Assembly (NCBI GenBank): GCA_977016875.1
Contig: CDRNST010000188.1
Location: 3,410,001-3,474,000, forward strand
Reading direction: 5' to 3'
DNA length: 64,000 nt
From: Pavona decussata
Taxonomy: Eukaryota
The notes beneath the pieces were generated by a model. The model saw nothing but the letters and a program-made list of their open reading frames with translations. It ran no database searches and was not told where the DNA came from. Shown here piece after piece: positions 63,105 to 64,000 of the stretch. Made by a program: the position numbers and the translations under genes. Each line of letters opens with the position of its first letter. The stretch's first letter is position 1.

Positions 63105-63814
63105 CTAAAACAAAACAAATGTCCCTTGCATCAGAAGTCTGTAGAAAAATACTTACTAAGTACGTGAACGATCTAGAGAGGTCCTTGGGAACATTCTTTT
63201 TTCTTTGTATACTAATAAGGATTGTGTTTGGTTATCCGCTCCCATGAGATAAATTTAGTGCACCTTTGTTTTCGCTAACTATCTCATTGAAGCATTTCTG
63301 CTTGATCTGTTTAAACGAAATCAACTTTAGGAGGTAAATTGTTTCACGCTTCATGTTTAGTGAAGGTTTTATGCATGGAAGGTTTGATCATCGTGATGAG
63401 ACAACTTTCGTGAGCATAATTAATGCAAACGATTTACAGCGTATTCACTGCAATAGTGTTGAATAAGAGAAACACAAAGGTCGACATATTGATAATTAAC
63501 TTATAAAAGCACATATCTGAACGTTGTCGTTGTCGTTTTCATGATCTCCCATGGATAAAATATAAAGGTCTTAGGACTACGTTACGTAAGCATCAATGTA
63601 TGGTCTCCAAAGAACAAGGAGACATTGACTTGAAAATATACCGCTCTCACATGATCCCACATAAACAAACAGTGAACATGAATAGACTTCATAATTAATG
63701 TATAGGGCTGTGCGGAAATCTTGCGTTTTTGACGCATCAGTACCAAGTTTAGGCTCCTAAGAGACTGAATACCCTTGGTGACTGTGGAAGCCGGTATAGA
63801 TGTTATTACATCAG

Positions 63815-63965
63815 TATATGAAGACTGCAGATGGGAAATAAAATAGAGAAGTGATGATCGCAGTTATATAAACGCATTTTCTGTAAACAGCCCCAAAATT
63901 TTCATGGCTTAAACAGGATTGAAACCATCCACTTTTGAACAAATGATCTTTGCAACGGTATTGCG
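63815..63965 (-). mobile_element. Degenerate tRNA-derived SINE fragment in the deiodinase intron
   Basis: ATATGAAGACTGCAGATG..GAAGTGATGATCGCAGTTAT..GGCTTAAACAGGATTGAAACCAT resembles a common anthozoan SINE (from memory), with an eroded B-box on the minus strand. Confidence 0.35.
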
Positions 63966-64000
63966 ATGACAGCTGCAAAGTATATTCAATAAAATGTACG

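Noticed and set aside
63107-64000. Sec-containing (SCTU) or EAH..DGW deiodinase exon
   Set aside because: Not found in this interval; it must lie beyond the window, so the UGA codon itself is unverified.

Overview
AT-rich, intron-rich animal genomic DNA; the repeat landscape suggests a stony coral or related anthozoan (inference). Three protein-coding genes lie on the minus strand. (1) The 5' part of a phospholipase C-gamma gene: 14 coding exons traced, 16906->298, encoding PH, EF-hand and catalytic X-box; it runs off the left edge. (2) An apparently complete ARHGEF40/PLEKHG4(B)-family (Solo/puratrophin-like) RhoGEF: 26 coding exons, 58940->20570, ~1390 aa. (3) The last coding exon of an iodothyronine deiodinase (63104->62823), whose 3' UTR holds a canonical type II SECIS (62196-62267), so it is very likely a selenoprotein. 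The most striking non-coding signal is a set of Penelope-like (PLE) insertions built as inverted pairs carrying minimal hammerhead-ribozyme motifs. One is a 1.8-kb GIY-YIG-coding copy in a PLC-gamma intron, with a U3-A8 core variant. One is a 290-bp ribozyme-only palindrome inserted ~30 nt 3' of the deiodinase SECIS, whose mRNA-sense ribozyme has a core mutation. A third is decayed. Introns also carry an L2/CR1-group LINE fragment, a Harbinger derivative, several MITEs and tandem repeats. Exon models were traced by eye from splice signals, phase continuity and remembered homology; no searches were run.
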